Source: Thermoplasmata archaeon (GTDB taxonomy: Archaea > Thermoplasmatota > Thermoplasmata > Lutacidiplasmatales > UBA184). Taken from it: a DNA stretch of 64,000 nt. Below, one piece after another: positions 1 through 9,723 of the stretch. Location: contig JBKQMS010000015.1 of NCBI GenBank assembly GCA_052326485.1, positions 5,492-69,491 of the forward strand. The letters are read 5' to 3'. Under the pieces are notes generated by a model. The model was given only the letters and a program-made list of their open reading frames with translations, was not told where the DNA came from and searched no databases. How positions within the stretch are numbered: the first letter of the stretch is position 1; the number at the start of each line of letters is the position of its first letter. The translations under genes were made by a program, and so were the position numbers.

Positions 1-393
1 CGCGAGCTGGGAGACTTCGTAACCGAGGTTGAACCTCGCAACTACTCCGCCGGTGGCCGCCGAAGTGACCACCAAGTACGACGGATGTACGGCGGAATAG
101 ACCTCGTCTGTTTGATTGACGAAGAGTGTGTCCGTCGGGTAGCCGCCCGGCGGTCCGAGGGTGAGGTTCGATTCAATCCACTCTGGCACCCCAGAACTGG
201 AGGGGACGGTGGAAAGGGTACCCGCCTCACGGGAACTATCGCGCGACCCCGTCGCCTGAGAGGGGTGTGGAGGGTTCGTCCCAGGGTGACCCTGGTTCCC
301 CGTAGCGAATCCGGAGCCGACCAGGATCGTCAGCAGCAAGGCCACGCTGAGACCAATCGTGATGGTGGTGGTGGCCCGCTGAAGCGTGGACAT
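1..393 (-). CDS. hypothetical membrane-anchored/secreted protein, N-terminal part (gene runs off the window edge)
   Basis: Complement ATG at 391-393. The frame stays open to position 1 (131 codons, no stop), so it is absent from the supplied track. Translation MSTLQRATTTITIGLSVALLLTILVGSGF... gives an N-terminal hydrophobic anchor followed by a polar region rich in NxT/S. Third-position G+C is high. Confidence 0.45.
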   Translation of the reverse strand, partial: MSTLQRATTTITIGLSVALLLTILVGSGFATGNQGHPGTNPPHPSQATGSRDSSREAGTLSTVPSSSGVPEWIESNLTLGPPGGYPTDTLFVNQTDEVYSAVHPSYLVVTSAATGGVVARFNLGYEVSQLA

Positions 394-534
394 GCTGGAG
401 CAATAACCCAAAGCTCGAGACTCTGTATGTACCTTGGGCGTCGAGCTCGAGGGAGGCCAGAGGGTATCCCGCGAACCTTTCCTGAGCGAGAGGGAGTCGG
501 GGGAGCTTCGGACCCTCAGTTAGGCGAGCTTCGC

Positions 535-698
535 GAACGGCGCGCCCGTTCGATGGCCGACAGGGAGGAGAGCGCGTTCTTCGCGGAGGCTCTTCTATCG
601 GCAGAACGAATCCGGCAGCCCATTCAAATGGGCGCACCCCAGCACGGGCGCTTTCCTCGGTCCGGGACCCACGTCGTGCCCAGTCGATGACCAGCCGC
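535..698 (+). repeat. intergenic element copy A (diverged direct repeat of copy B)
   Basis: Hand alignment to 1600-1814: block 535-576 vs 1600-1641 is 33/42 identical, and block 638-698 vs 1754-1814 is 48/61 identical. Contains gcaGAACGAATCcgg at 601-615. Confidence 0.6.
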
Positions 699-744
699 TA
701 GGAGCGGGTGGGGCTGGACCGCAGGGAGCTCCTATTGAATGATA

Positions 745-1542
745 TCAGAAATCGACCCGCTGGCCGCCATCCACATCCCAGGCGGCCCCCACGACAAAGC
801 TCGCCTGATCGGACACGAGGAAGGCGACGACCTTCGCAATCTCCTCTGGTCGACCGAAACGCCGCAGGGGGACGGTATCGCTTACACTCTTGAGAAACTG
901 GGCCACGGCCTCCTCGGAGCCGTCGGTGAAGGTGCGGGCTTGCCGATCCATCAACGTCGTTTCAATGTACCCTGGGCACACGCAATTGACGCGGATGTGG
1001 TCGGGGAGGAGGGCCATTGAAGTGGACTTCGAAAACGACGCCATCGCGGCCTTGGTCGCCGCATAATCCACCCCAATCGCTTCGCCCCGGTGAGCATCCA
1101 CGGAAGCGATGTTCACGATCGCGCCCCCGCCCTGCTTCCGCATGATGGGCGCGACTTCTCGAGTGAACCGTACTGCGCTCAGCAGGTTCACGTCAACGGA
1201 GAACTTCCAATCCTGGTCGCTCAGATCCACGGACTTTGATGCGTACGTCCCCGGGGAGATCTCACCCGCGTTGTTCACGAGGATGTCAATTCGACCCAAC
1301 CGGTCCACCAGCTCCTTCACCGTTCGCGAAACATCCTCTGCGCGGGTCACGTCCGCTTCGATCGGAGCGACTTTCACCTTGCTCGGCGCCAGAGTGGCGC
1401 TGACCTGTTCCAGCCCATCTATGTGGCGGGAACAGATTCCGACGTTGACACCTTCGAAGGCCAGTTCGGCCGCGATCGCGCGTCCTATTCCTCGACTAGC
1501 CCCCGTCACTAGTGCGACCTTTCCGTGGAGACCAAGGTCCAT
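745..1542 (-). CDS. short-chain dehydrogenase/reductase (SDR) family oxidoreductase
   Basis: 265-aa ORF with ATG start. Carries the TGASRGIG dinucleotide-binding motif, NNAG, and the YAATK (YxxxK) catalytic motif. Confidence 0.9.
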   Translation of the reverse strand: MDLGLHGKVALVTGASRGIGRAIAAELAFEGVNVGICSRHIDGLEQVSATLAPSKVKVAPIEADVTRAEDVSRTVKELVDRLGRIDILVNNAGEISPGTYASKSVDLSDQDWKFSVDVNLLSAVRFTREVAPIMRKQGGGAIVNIASVDAHRGEAIGVDYAATKAAMASFSKSTSMALLPDHIRVNCVCPGYIETTLMDRQARTFTDGSEEAVAQFLKSVSDTVPLRRFGRPEEIAKVVAFLVSDQASFVVGAAWDVDGGQRVDF

Positions 1543-1599
1543 GTCCAGCCCCGTCCGGGAACAACACGGTTCCGCATCAACCTTGGCCGCGAGGCTCCG

Positions 1600-1854
1600 G
1601 AACGGCGCGCTTGGTCGATGACCGACCGAGAGGGACGCGCGAGGTTCTCAGCCACGTCCGGTGTGGTTGCACCCACCTTGCGCGTCGTCCTCCCGCGGTT
1701 GCCGAGGTAGCGCTCAACGAATCGAGCTGAAACGGAACCACAAGAGTACGAGTCCCAGCACGGGCGATTTACTCGGTGTCGGACCTACGTCGCGCCCGCT
1801 CGGTTACCGACCGCGACTGGCGCGGGGGCACTGAAACCGAGCGATTCGTTGGAG
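1600..1854 (+). repeat. intergenic element copy B, with internal 10-bp perfect inverted repeat
   Basis: Homologous to copy A (see that entry). caacgaatcg (1715-1724) is the exact reverse complement of cgattcgttg (1842-1851). The 3' arm gaaaccgagcga resembles gaaatcggagcga of the 57.8-kb copy. Confidence 0.6.
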
Positions 1855-2052
1855 TGACTTCGGCCGGAACGCGGTCGCGCCCCTCTTTCCCGACCCACAC
1901 CTTCCAGACCATCGGGGGGACCGGGGGCAACGAAATCGTTTCACCCGGGCCGGTCACCGCTTATATTCGACTCGGGCCGTTCGATCGACGATGGTTTTCG
2001 CGGCAGCGTGCCGAATGGTGGTGGAGAATCGCGTCGGGCTAGGGAGGGGCCG

Positions 2053-2730
2053 ATGATCATTCGCCCTTCCGACCGAGCGCTGACCGACGATGAGTGGCGG
2101 AATCTGCTGAAAGAACACGATTTCGGCACGCTCATCACCCCAGGGGTCGGTCGGGAGCTGCCGGTGGTCAACCCGAGCCATTTCGCCTATGACGGGAAGG
2201 ACACCATCGTCCTGCACTTCGTTCGAGATAACCCGGTTTGGGAGGCTCTAACCGAACGCCCGATCGCTCTCCTCTCCGTCCTGGCGGACTACGCCTATAT
2301 CCCCAGCTACTGGAACGCGGGCGAGGAAGCGCCGGAAGAATGGGGCGTTCCTACCTCCTACTACGCGACGGTCCAGCTGACCTGCGACACTCAGATCATT
2401 GACGATCCCGCGGAGCTGGCAGAGCTCCTAACCGACCTCTTGAACCACTTTCAACCTGAGGGTCGCCACGCACCGCTGGAGGCCGGCGATAACCCCTATG
2501 CCCGCCAGTTCGGCGCGATAAGGGGTCTTCGGCTCCGGATCCGGGGCGTCCGCGCGAAATTCAAGTTCGGAGGCAACCGACCGGCGGCACACCGGGTCGC
2601 CGTGGCTGCCGCCCTCGCCGAGAGGGCCGGTCCCCAGGATGGCGCTGCCCGGGCCCAACTCATTCGTCGCCTCCCTCGAAAGCCTGCGGATCCGTCGTCG
2701 ATCAAGGGCTCATCCACCGGGGTCCCCTGA
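2053..2730 (+). CDS. PaiB-like FMN-binding (split-barrel) putative transcriptional regulator
   Basis: Start moved to ATG 2053, which is preceded by GGAGG. MIIRPSDRALTDDEWRNLLKEHDFGTLIT...VVNPSHF...LHFVRDNPVW follows the PaiB/protease-synthase-regulator family pattern. Confidence 0.7.
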   Translation: MIIRPSDRALTDDEWRNLLKEHDFGTLITPGVGRELPVVNPSHFAYDGKDTIVLHFVRDNPVWEALTERPIALLSVLADYAYIPSYWNAGEEAPEEWGVPTSYYATVQLTCDTQIIDDPAELAELLTDLLNHFQPEGRHAPLEAGDNPYARQFGAIRGLRLRIRGVRAKFKFGGNRPAAHRVAVAAALAERAGPQDGAARAQLIRRLPRKPADPSSIKGSSTGVP

Positions 2731-2838
2731 GCGACCAACCTTGAGAACCACGACCGGGTGAAGCTCCGGAAGAGCGCGCGCGGTCGATGACGGGGCCGCA
2801 ATCAGAGCGCGAAGGAACTGGGAGGACGCGCCCCTCGA

Positions 2839-3594
2839 CTACGCCAGGCCCAGCAGGATCCGGACCTCGGAAAGATGGTCAAGCCGAGAAATCGAGGAAT
2901 CGTTCACTGGGGGATCCTCGCGCGGATTGCCGGGGTCCCAATAATGCGCCCGCAGTCCACGGTAGAGGGCCGCCCCCATGCCACATCCCCGGGCCCCCTC
3001 CACGTCCCACATCCAACTGTCTCCCACGTGAAGGATCTGAGTGGCACGGACGCCGGCCCGCCGCACCGCCTCGGCAAAGATCCGAGGGTCGGGCTTGCAG
3101 GCACCAACGTCCGAAGAGGCGATAACGTGGGCAAGCCGCATCCCTCCGGCCCCCTCCAAGAACGACTTCCAAGCCGACCCCGATCGGGAGGTGTCCGTGG
3201 TTAGGACGACGGGAAATCCCAGCCGGTTCAGGTGTCGGACGAGAGCCTGGGCCTCGGGATTGAATACGGGAGGATGTTCCTTCAGTCCCCCTTCGGCGTA
3301 GCGTTGAACGATCTGCTCGACCGGACCGGCGTACTGCGCTCCCAGGCGCTGACGTATCTGGTCGACCTGAGTGGCCACGGGGATGGATTCAACCGGACGT
3401 GCCTCGCGCTTCCATTCCGAGTAAAGAGCCTCCCGGGCCCTACGGAGTTCCTCCGACGGAACTCGGCTCCCGTTTGACATCCGGAGTCCTCGGGCAAGGA
3501 GACTCCAACGAACCTCGTACTGAGCCTCGACGATTGCCTGCGTATCCCAAACAACGGTGTCATGGAGATCCAGGGAGAGAACGCGGTATCCCAC
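2839..3594 (-). CDS. HAD-superfamily hydrolase
   Basis: 251 aa with a GTG start. N-terminal SLDLHDTVV is a motif I variant, and C-terminal HVGDSWMWDVEGA is motif IV. Confidence 0.7.
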   Translation of the reverse strand: MGYRVLSLDLHDTVVWDTQAIVEAQYEVRWSLLARGLRMSNGSRVPSEELRRAREALYSEWKREARPVESIPVATQVDQIRQRLGAQYAGPVEQIVQRYAEGGLKEHPPVFNPEAQALVRHLNRLGFPVVLTTDTSRSGSAWKSFLEGAGGMRLAHVIASSDVGACKPDPRIFAEAVRRAGVRATQILHVGDSWMWDVEGARGCGMGAALYRGLRAHYWDPGNPREDPPVNDSSISRLDHLSEVRILLGLA

Positions 3595-3795
3595 GGGCTT
3601 CGTCCTCGCAACTCAGGGCGAGCTACCGGGAATGATTAGACTGACCCTTCCACGAAGAGCGGAGCATACAGCGACCCTGAGGTGGGCGCGCGTCCGATGA
3701 CTTCGACCGCGAGGAGCGCGCGGTAGGTCCCCGGGCCCCCAATCGAAAATACCTGCGCCACGTCCACGGGAACGGGTCTCTGACCAGTCCCGACT

Positions 3796-5025
3796 ATGCC
3801 GGCGACGGATGTTGATTCCAGGCTACTTCCTCTCCTTCGAAGCCGCACGTTCCTTCTGCTACAGGCAAGAGGAACCGCCGCCGGGGTAGGATACACGGTC
3901 TACCTGGCGACCGTTCTCTGGCTCTCCTTCCGGCTTACGAACGGGATCTTCCTCGCCGGGATCGTTGTCGGCGTGGAGACGGGTGTCTACACGTTGACGT
4001 TCCTGGTCGGACCGCTCGTCGATCGGATCACCGACAAACGCTGGGTCTACGTGGTTTGTTATCCCATCCAAGCCGTCGCGTCCCTCGCTCTCGGCCTGAC
4101 CTATGTCTTCGGATTCCTGACGATACCGCTCCTGCTTGCGATAGTGGTGTTATTGGCCGCTCTTTGGGACTTTACGTGGGCGGCTGACTCGGCGGCCACG
4201 CGACTTCTCTTCAGTAAGGACCGTCTGTTCGCCGTCACCGGCCTGGGGACCGCGATCGGCGGCGCCGTCGACATCGCGATGTACTTCACGGCCGGACTCA
4301 CCATCGCCCTGTTCGGGGTCGCGGGGGGGTCGTACCTCTACGCCGGTCTGCTGGCCGTCGGGGCGGGTTTCGCCTTCCTGCTTCCGATCCCGACGTCAAA
4401 CGCAAGAAAGTCCGCCTACCTGGCGGGCTTCCTCGAAGGATGGGCCTTGTACAAGGGCGCGAGCGGCAAGCCGCTGCGCCACCTTGCGATTCTTCAATCG
4501 GCGTACGGGTTCTTCATCGCAGCACCGGTGCTTCTGCTCACATTGTACGTCGGCCGATTCTTTTCCGGCTCTCAGGTCACGTTTGCCGGGTTCTACGTGG
4601 CCTATCTGGTCGGAGGAATCATCATCGGAATCGTCCTGGGCAAACTCAATCCTCGAAGGCTTGTCGGACTTGTCGGCAACGTCGCGCTTCTGTCGACAGG
4701 GGCCGTTCTGATTCTGGTGGAACTGGTCACCGGGTCCGCTGTCGCTAGTGCGGCCGCCTGGTTCCTCATCGGGGTAGCGACGGCGGCAAGGATCACCGCG
4801 TTCTCGAACTACCTCCAAGGTGGGTTTGCACCGGAGGTGCTCGCACGGATCTCCGCGAACAACTACCTGTTCACTGGCATCACCAGCACCGCCGGCGCGT
4901 TCGCCATCGGAGCGCTGTCCACGATTTGGAGCCCAGCCGCACTGACGGAGATCACCGCCGTAGGCTTCGTCGGATGCGCGGCGATCGGGATTCTGCTTCA
5001 GGGGACCCGAACGTTAGCTTTTTGA
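3796..5025 (+). CDS. MFS transporter
   Basis: 409 aa with about 12 hydrophobic segments throughout. ATG start. Confidence 0.8.
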   Translation: MPATDVDSRLLPLLRSRTFLLLQARGTAAGVGYTVYLATVLWLSFRLTNGIFLAGIVVGVETGVYTLTFLVGPLVDRITDKRWVYVVCYPIQAVASLALGLTYVFGFLTIPLLLAIVVLLAALWDFTWAADSAATRLLFSKDRLFAVTGLGTAIGGAVDIAMYFTAGLTIALFGVAGGSYLYAGLLAVGAGFAFLLPIPTSNARKSAYLAGFLEGWALYKGASGKPLRHLAILQSAYGFFIAAPVLLLTLYVGRFFSGSQVTFAGFYVAYLVGGIIIGIVLGKLNPRRLVGLVGNVALLSTGAVLILVELVTGSAVASAAAWFLIGVATAARITAFSNYLQGGFAPEVLARISANNYLFTGITSTAGAFAIGALSTIWSPAALTEITAVGFVGCAAIGILLQGTRTLAF

Positions 5026-5144
5026 ACGCCTTGCGCGCACCCGAGCGAGCGCGTTTCAAGCAAAGCCGCGATCTCGGGAATCGGATCCGGAGCCTGGACC
5101 AGGTCTCCGCCCCCCCCCGCGTTCGAGGACCGGCCGCTCGGGGT

Positions 5145-5426
5145 TCAGTAACTCCGCAATCGCCCCGCGAACACGGCCGGTTCTAGGGTCTCCCAGCGCT
5201 CGACGGCCCCCCGGGGCGTGCTCGCCCGCAGCAAGATGATGGTCCGTTTCGCAACCAATGCGTTCTCGAGCTCGCCCCTGAGCTCGGATAGGTCCTCGTG
5301 GGTGTTCTGGAAGACGCTCGCTTCCAGCTCTCGACCCGCCGTCACCATCACGACGTAGAAGCACGCCGCGCCTTCGATGGGAACCTTCGCGGCGTCCCCT
5401 TCTTCGATATCGACCGCCACACCCAC
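5145..5426 (-). CDS. hypothetical small protein
   Basis: 93-aa ORF with a GTG start. About 80% G+C at third codon positions by hand count. I did not recognise any family. Confidence 0.4.
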   Translation of the reverse strand: MGVAVDIEEGDAAKVPIEGAACFYVVMVTAGRELEASVFQNTHEDLSELRGELENALVAKRTIILLRASTPRGAVERWETLEPAVFAGRLRSY

Positions 5427-5637
5427 ACATCTCCGGGCGACCTACAGCTAGCTGTCCCCTTGAGGTTCGCCTTTCCCGAAATGGAGGCACGGGAGTTCGA
5501 ATCCTAGCGGGGGCGGGTTCCCCAGGGGCGGGGGTCAACGCAGCGTCCTATCCACGATCGGTCACGAGCGGTGTGCCCGGACTGCGAGGGGCCCACGCCG
5601 CGACAATCGTCGCTGTCCGCAGGGCGCCCCGTCTGGG

Positions 5638-6117
5638 CTAGTCGTCGTATCCGGTAACGGGCGGTTCGCGTCCCGCCTGCCACAGGAGGGCGTTCATCTC
5701 GCCGCGGTGTTGGAGTTCTTCCTCGATCATGTGCACCAGCAGCACGCGGAGCTCGATCGTGCGAGGAGGACGCCACGGGAGCCTAAGGGACCGGTTGAGG
5801 ACTGCCGGCTTGAGTCCCCGAAGGACCCGGCGGACGTAACGGTCGACCGACCGCATCTCACGGCTGGCTTCGGCTCGAGTGTACCGCTTCCCGATCGGGT
5901 ACCATTCAGGCTCGCCCTTGCCGCCGTAGACCATGAAGAACCACTGGCGGTAGGCGTCGAGGACATGCATGAAGATGTCCACGAGCGAAGGGAAGGATGC
6001 GCCCCGGTCCTGATACCGGGCGCGGGGTGGCAGCTTCCAGATCGCGGCCAAGTACTTCGCTCTCGTTCGTGAGTTGTATTCGTACAGGTCCCGGAGGAGG
6101 TCGAGGTCCGTCGGCAT
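5638..6117 (-). CDS. DinB-family protein
   Basis: 159 aa. DinB/YfiT-like helical-bundle pattern with spaced His residues (FMHVLDAY...HMIEEELQHRGE). Confidence 0.75.
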   Translation of the reverse strand: MPTDLDLLRDLYEYNSRTRAKYLAAIWKLPPRARYQDRGASFPSLVDIFMHVLDAYRQWFFMVYGGKGEPEWYPIGKRYTRAEASREMRSVDRYVRRVLRGLKPAVLNRSLRLPWRPPRTIELRVLLVHMIEEELQHRGEMNALLWQAGREPPVTGYDD

Positions 6118-6298
6118 CGGAGGCGCAACCTAGGTCCCCCTCATGAAATTGTCGCCATGCCGATCCGGCTTCGGACCTTCGGGCGAGAGCGCGGAATGGG
6201 CGGACTTATTCGACCTTGCGGGCATACGCCATTCGACTATCCAGGGTATGGACGGACCACACTCGACCACCGCATTGGACCACACAGGGTCGCCGACC

Positions 6299-7207
6299 AT
6301 GTCGGCGCCGGCCGGCCTGGTCCTCAACATCATGCACTTCGCGCTCCACGATGGACCCGGGATCCGGACGACCGTCTTTCTCAAGGGCTGCCCCCTCCAC
6401 TGCTGGTGGTGTCACAACCCGGAAAGCCAGTCGGCCGAGCCGGAAGTGATCTACTTCGAGGAACGCTGCATCCACTCCGGCGACTGCGTCCGCGCGTGCC
6501 CTAACGGCGCGCTTCTATTGGAAGAGGGGCGACTCATCCACGATTCCGCCCGGTGCCAGCATTGCGCCGAATGCGTGAGCGCGTGTTCGGCCGCGGCACG
6601 CCAGCTCGCCGGCCGGTGGATGACCGTGTCCGACGTGCTCACCGAGATTCTGAAGGACCAGGTGTTCTTCGAAGAGTCCGGAGGCGGCGTCACTGTCTCG
6701 GGCGGCGAACCCCTGATGCAAGCGGCCTTCGTCGAATCGCTGCTCGCCGCCTGTCGGGCACGACGGATCCGGACCGTCCTCGATACCTGCGGCTGGGCCG
6801 ACCCGGAGGTGCTGCTTCGAGTCAGCGAGAACGTCGATCTGTTCTTTTACGACCTGAAGTTGATGGACAGCGAACGGCACGAGCGCTTCACCGGAATGAA
6901 GAACGACGTGATCCTCCAGAACCTGAAGATGTTGGCCGAGCGCGGAAGCGCCGTGGTCGTCCGCATCCCCGTGATTCCCGGGGTGAACGACGACGACCAG
7001 ACCGTGGACCAGATCTCCGGGTTCCTGCTTCCGTTAGGCCTTCGAGAGATCGACCTCCTCCCGTACCACCGGTTTGGGAGCGACAAGTACCGCCGATTGC
7101 ACCTGCTCTACGAGATGGAGGGGGTGGCCCCGCCCTCGGACGCGCAGATGGAGGCGTTGGCGTCGCGCTTACGGCGGGACGGGTTCACCGTGAGGGTCGG
7201 GGGCTGA
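6299..7207 (+). CDS. glycyl-radical enzyme activating protein (radical SAM, with two extra ferredoxin-type clusters)
   Basis: CPLHCWWC is a radical-SAM CxxxCxxC motif, preceded by DGPGIRT. Two further Cys clusters are CIHSGDCVRACP and CQHCAECVSAC. The stop lies 1 nt before the GRE start. I chose ATG 6299 as the start, which is uncertain. Confidence 0.85.
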   Translation: MSAPAGLVLNIMHFALHDGPGIRTTVFLKGCPLHCWWCHNPESQSAEPEVIYFEERCIHSGDCVRACPNGALLLEEGRLIHDSARCQHCAECVSACSAAARQLAGRWMTVSDVLTEILKDQVFFEESGGGVTVSGGEPLMQAAFVESLLAACRARRIRTVLDTCGWADPEVLLRVSENVDLFFYDLKLMDSERHERFTGMKNDVILQNLKMLAERGSAVVVRIPVIPGVNDDDQTVDQISGFLLPLGLREIDLLPYHRFGSDKYRRLHLLYEMEGVAPPSDAQMEALASRLRRDGFTVRVGG

Positions 7208-7208
7208 C

Positions 7209-9572
7209 ATGAACGAGCGCGTGGCCCGATTGCGGCAGGAGACCCTCGATACCCGTCCTCGATTGTCCATCGAGCGTGCCGCGCTCATCACCGAGTTCTA
7301 CCGACAGGACAAGACCGCCTCCGTTCCCATCCGTCGCGCTCTCGCCCTTCGATACCTGATGGGGCACGAACCAATCTACATCGGGCCGGACGAGTTGATC
7401 GTGGGCGAGCGCGGGCCCGAACCCAAGGCCGCCCCCACCTTCCCGGAGCTGTGCTGCCACACCCTCGACGACTTTGAGATCCTCAACGCGCGCGAGAAGA
7501 TCCCGTATCTCGTGGACGACCACGCCCGGCAGGTCCAGAAGGAGGACGTGATCCCCTACTGGCAGGGCCGCTCGATGCGCGACCTGATCTTCGCGGAGAT
7601 GACCCCGGAATGGAAGAACGCGTACGAGACGGGCATCTTCACCGAGTTCATGGAGCAACGGGCCCCCGGGCACACGGTGCTGGGGGACGTCATCTACCGA
7701 AAGGGCCTGCTCGACCTCAAGGCCGACGTCGCCGGCGCCCTTTCCCGCTTGGACACCCTCAGCGACCTGGAGGCGTCCGCGAAACGGGACGAATTGCGCG
7801 CCATGGCGATCGCGGCCGACGCGGTGATCCGGTTCGCGGAACGCCACGCCGAGAAAGCCGAAGAATTGGCGAGGGCGGAGACGAAGCCGGAACGACAGGC
7901 GGAACTCCGCAAGATCGCCGAGGTATGCCGCCGGGTGCCGGCCCATCCTCCCCGGGATTTCTGGGAAGCGCTCCAGGCCTACTGGTTCACCCATCTCGGA
8001 GTGGTGACCGAGCTCAACACCTGGGATTCGTTCTGCCCGGGACGCTTCGACCAGCACCTCGACCCGTTCTACCGAAAGGGCGTGGAGGACGGCACGTTGA
8101 CCCGAGAGCAGGCCCAGGAGCTGCTCGAATGCCTCTGGGTCAAGTTCAACAACCAACCGGCTCCCCCCAAGGTCGGCGTGACCAACGCGGAGAGCGGCAC
8201 GTACACTGACTTCGCCAACATCAACAACGGTGGACTCAAACGCGATGGGTCGGACGGGGTGAACGACGTCACCTACCTGATCCTCGACGTGATCGACGAG
8301 ATGCGACTCCTGCAACCGTCCTCGAATCTCCAATTGAGCCGAAAGAACCCGGATACGTTCCTCAAGCGCGGCCTCGAGATCGTGCGCCAGGGCTGGGGTC
8401 AGCCGTCGGTCTTCAACGCCGACATGGTCGTGGAGGAGCTGCTGCGCCAGGGAAAGTCGGTGGAGGACGCGCGGTGCGGAGGGACCTCGGGGTGCGTCGA
8501 GACCGGCGCGTTCGGGAAAGAGGCGTACATCCTGACGGGCTACTTCAATCTCCCCAAGGTGCTGGAGGTCACTCTGAACAACGGGCTGGACCCGTGCACC
8601 GGGAAGAAGGTCGGGCTCGAGACCGGGGACGTGCGCTCGTTCTCGTCCTACGACGAGCTGTTCACCGCGTTCCGCCAGCAGTTGCACTACCTCGTCGACG
8701 TCAAAGTGCGGGGCAACCAGGTCATCGAGCGGCTGTACGCACAGTACATGCCGGCCCCGTTCCTCTCCCTGCTCGTCGACGACTGCATCGCGAACGGCAA
8801 GGACTACAACAACGGCGGCTCGCGGTACAACTCCACGTACATCATGGGAGTGGCGCCGGCGACGTGCACCGACAGCTTGGCCGCGATCCGGTACCACGTC
8901 TTCGACCGCAAGACCGTCTCCCTCGAGGAACTGCTGGCGGCGCTCGCCGCCAACTTCGTCGGTCAGGAGAAGCTGCGCCTGCGACTATGGAACCATACCC
9001 CGAAGTACGGCAACGACGAGGAGTACGCCGACGCGATCCTCGTGGACGTCTTCAACGCCTTCTTCAACGAGGTGGACGGGCGAAAGAACACGAAGGGCGG
9101 TACCTATCGCGTGAACTACCTCTCGACGACCTGCCATGTCTACTTCGGTTCGGTCACCGGAGCCACCCCGGACGGGCGCCGAGCGGGGGAGCCTCTCTCG
9201 GACGGCATCTCTCCCGCCCAAGGCGCGGACCGCAACGGACCGACCGCCGTCGTAAAGTCCGCGGCCAAGATGGACCACGCCCGCACCGGCGGAACCCTGC
9301 TCAACCAGAAGTTCACGCCCCAGCTCCTGAAGGGGGACGAAGGTCTCAGCAAAGTGGCGGAGCTGGTCCGTTCCTACTTCCGTCTCGGCGGGCATCATAT
9401 CCAGTTCAACGTCGTGACGGCGGCCACCCTGCGCGCCGCGCAGGCGGAACCCGAGAAGTACCGGGACCTGATCGTGCGCGTCGCGGGCTACAGCGATTAC
9501 TTCTGCGACCTGACCCGGGCCTTGCAGGACGACATCATCGCGCGCACCGAGCACGGGTCGTTCGCGCAGTAG
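7209..9572 (+). CDS. glycyl radical enzyme, PFL2/glycerol-dehydratase-like (1,2-eliminase type)
   Basis: 787 aa. C-terminal glycyl-radical motif RVAGYSDYF (Gly codon at 9486-9488). Single catalytic Cys within GCVE (Cys codon at 8493-8495), not the Cys-Cys pair of PFL. Confidence 0.9.
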   Translation: MNERVARLRQETLDTRPRLSIERAALITEFYRQDKTASVPIRRALALRYLMGHEPIYIGPDELIVGERGPEPKAAPTFPELCCHTLDDFEILNAREKIPYLVDDHARQVQKEDVIPYWQGRSMRDLIFAEMTPEWKNAYETGIFTEFMEQRAPGHTVLGDVIYRKGLLDLKADVAGALSRLDTLSDLEASAKRDELRAMAIAADAVIRFAERHAEKAEELARAETKPERQAELRKIAEVCRRVPAHPPRDFWEALQAYWFTHLGVVTELNTWDSFCPGRFDQHLDPFYRKGVEDGTLTREQAQELLECLWVKFNNQPAPPKVGVTNAESGTYTDFANINNGGLKRDGSDGVNDVTYLILDVIDEMRLLQPSSNLQLSRKNPDTFLKRGLEIVRQGWGQPSVFNADMVVEELLRQGKSVEDARCGGTSGCVETGAFGKEAYILTGYFNLPKVLEVTLNNGLDPCTGKKVGLETGDVRSFSSYDELFTAFRQQLHYLVDVKVRGNQVIERLYAQYMPAPFLSLLVDDCIANGKDYNNGGSRYNSTYIMGVAPATCTDSLAAIRYHVFDRKTVSLEELLAALAANFVGQEKLRLRLWNHTPKYGNDEEYADAILVDVFNAFFNEVDGRKNTKGGTYRVNYLSTTCHVYFGSVTGATPDGRRAGEPLSDGISPAQGADRNGPTAVVKSAAKMDHARTGGTLLNQKFTPQLLKGDEGLSKVAELVRSYFRLGGHHIQFNVVTAATLRAAQAEPEKYRDLIVRVAGYSDYFCDLTRALQDDIIARTEHGSFAQ

Positions 9573-9723
9573 GCTGCTGGGTCGTGCCGAGGACCCTGCC
9601 TGCCTTCGCCCGGCACGCCGACCGCTCCGAGGAACGGGCGGGGCGGTTCGCGCTCGGAAGCGGGTTCTCTCGGCTCCGGGATATTAGGGAGAATCGCCTC
9701 GGCCACGAACCTGGGTCAGGCCG

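Noticed and set aside
236-637. 133-aa minus-strand ORF containing a HHHHH run
   Set aside because: It overlaps, out of frame, the more protein-like partial gene 1-393 (signal anchor, high GC3). Its upstream half covers the repeat element copy A. I judge it spurious.
5480-5505. tRNA-like T-loop sequence gggagttcgaatcc
   Set aside because: The flanking bases do not form a T-stem (GGGAG vs CCTAG). I could find no acceptor stem, D-arm or anticodon arm on either strand. The same negative result holds for ggttcgagtc at 10270 and ggattcgaacgaacc at 56682. I could support no tRNA gene anywhere in the window.
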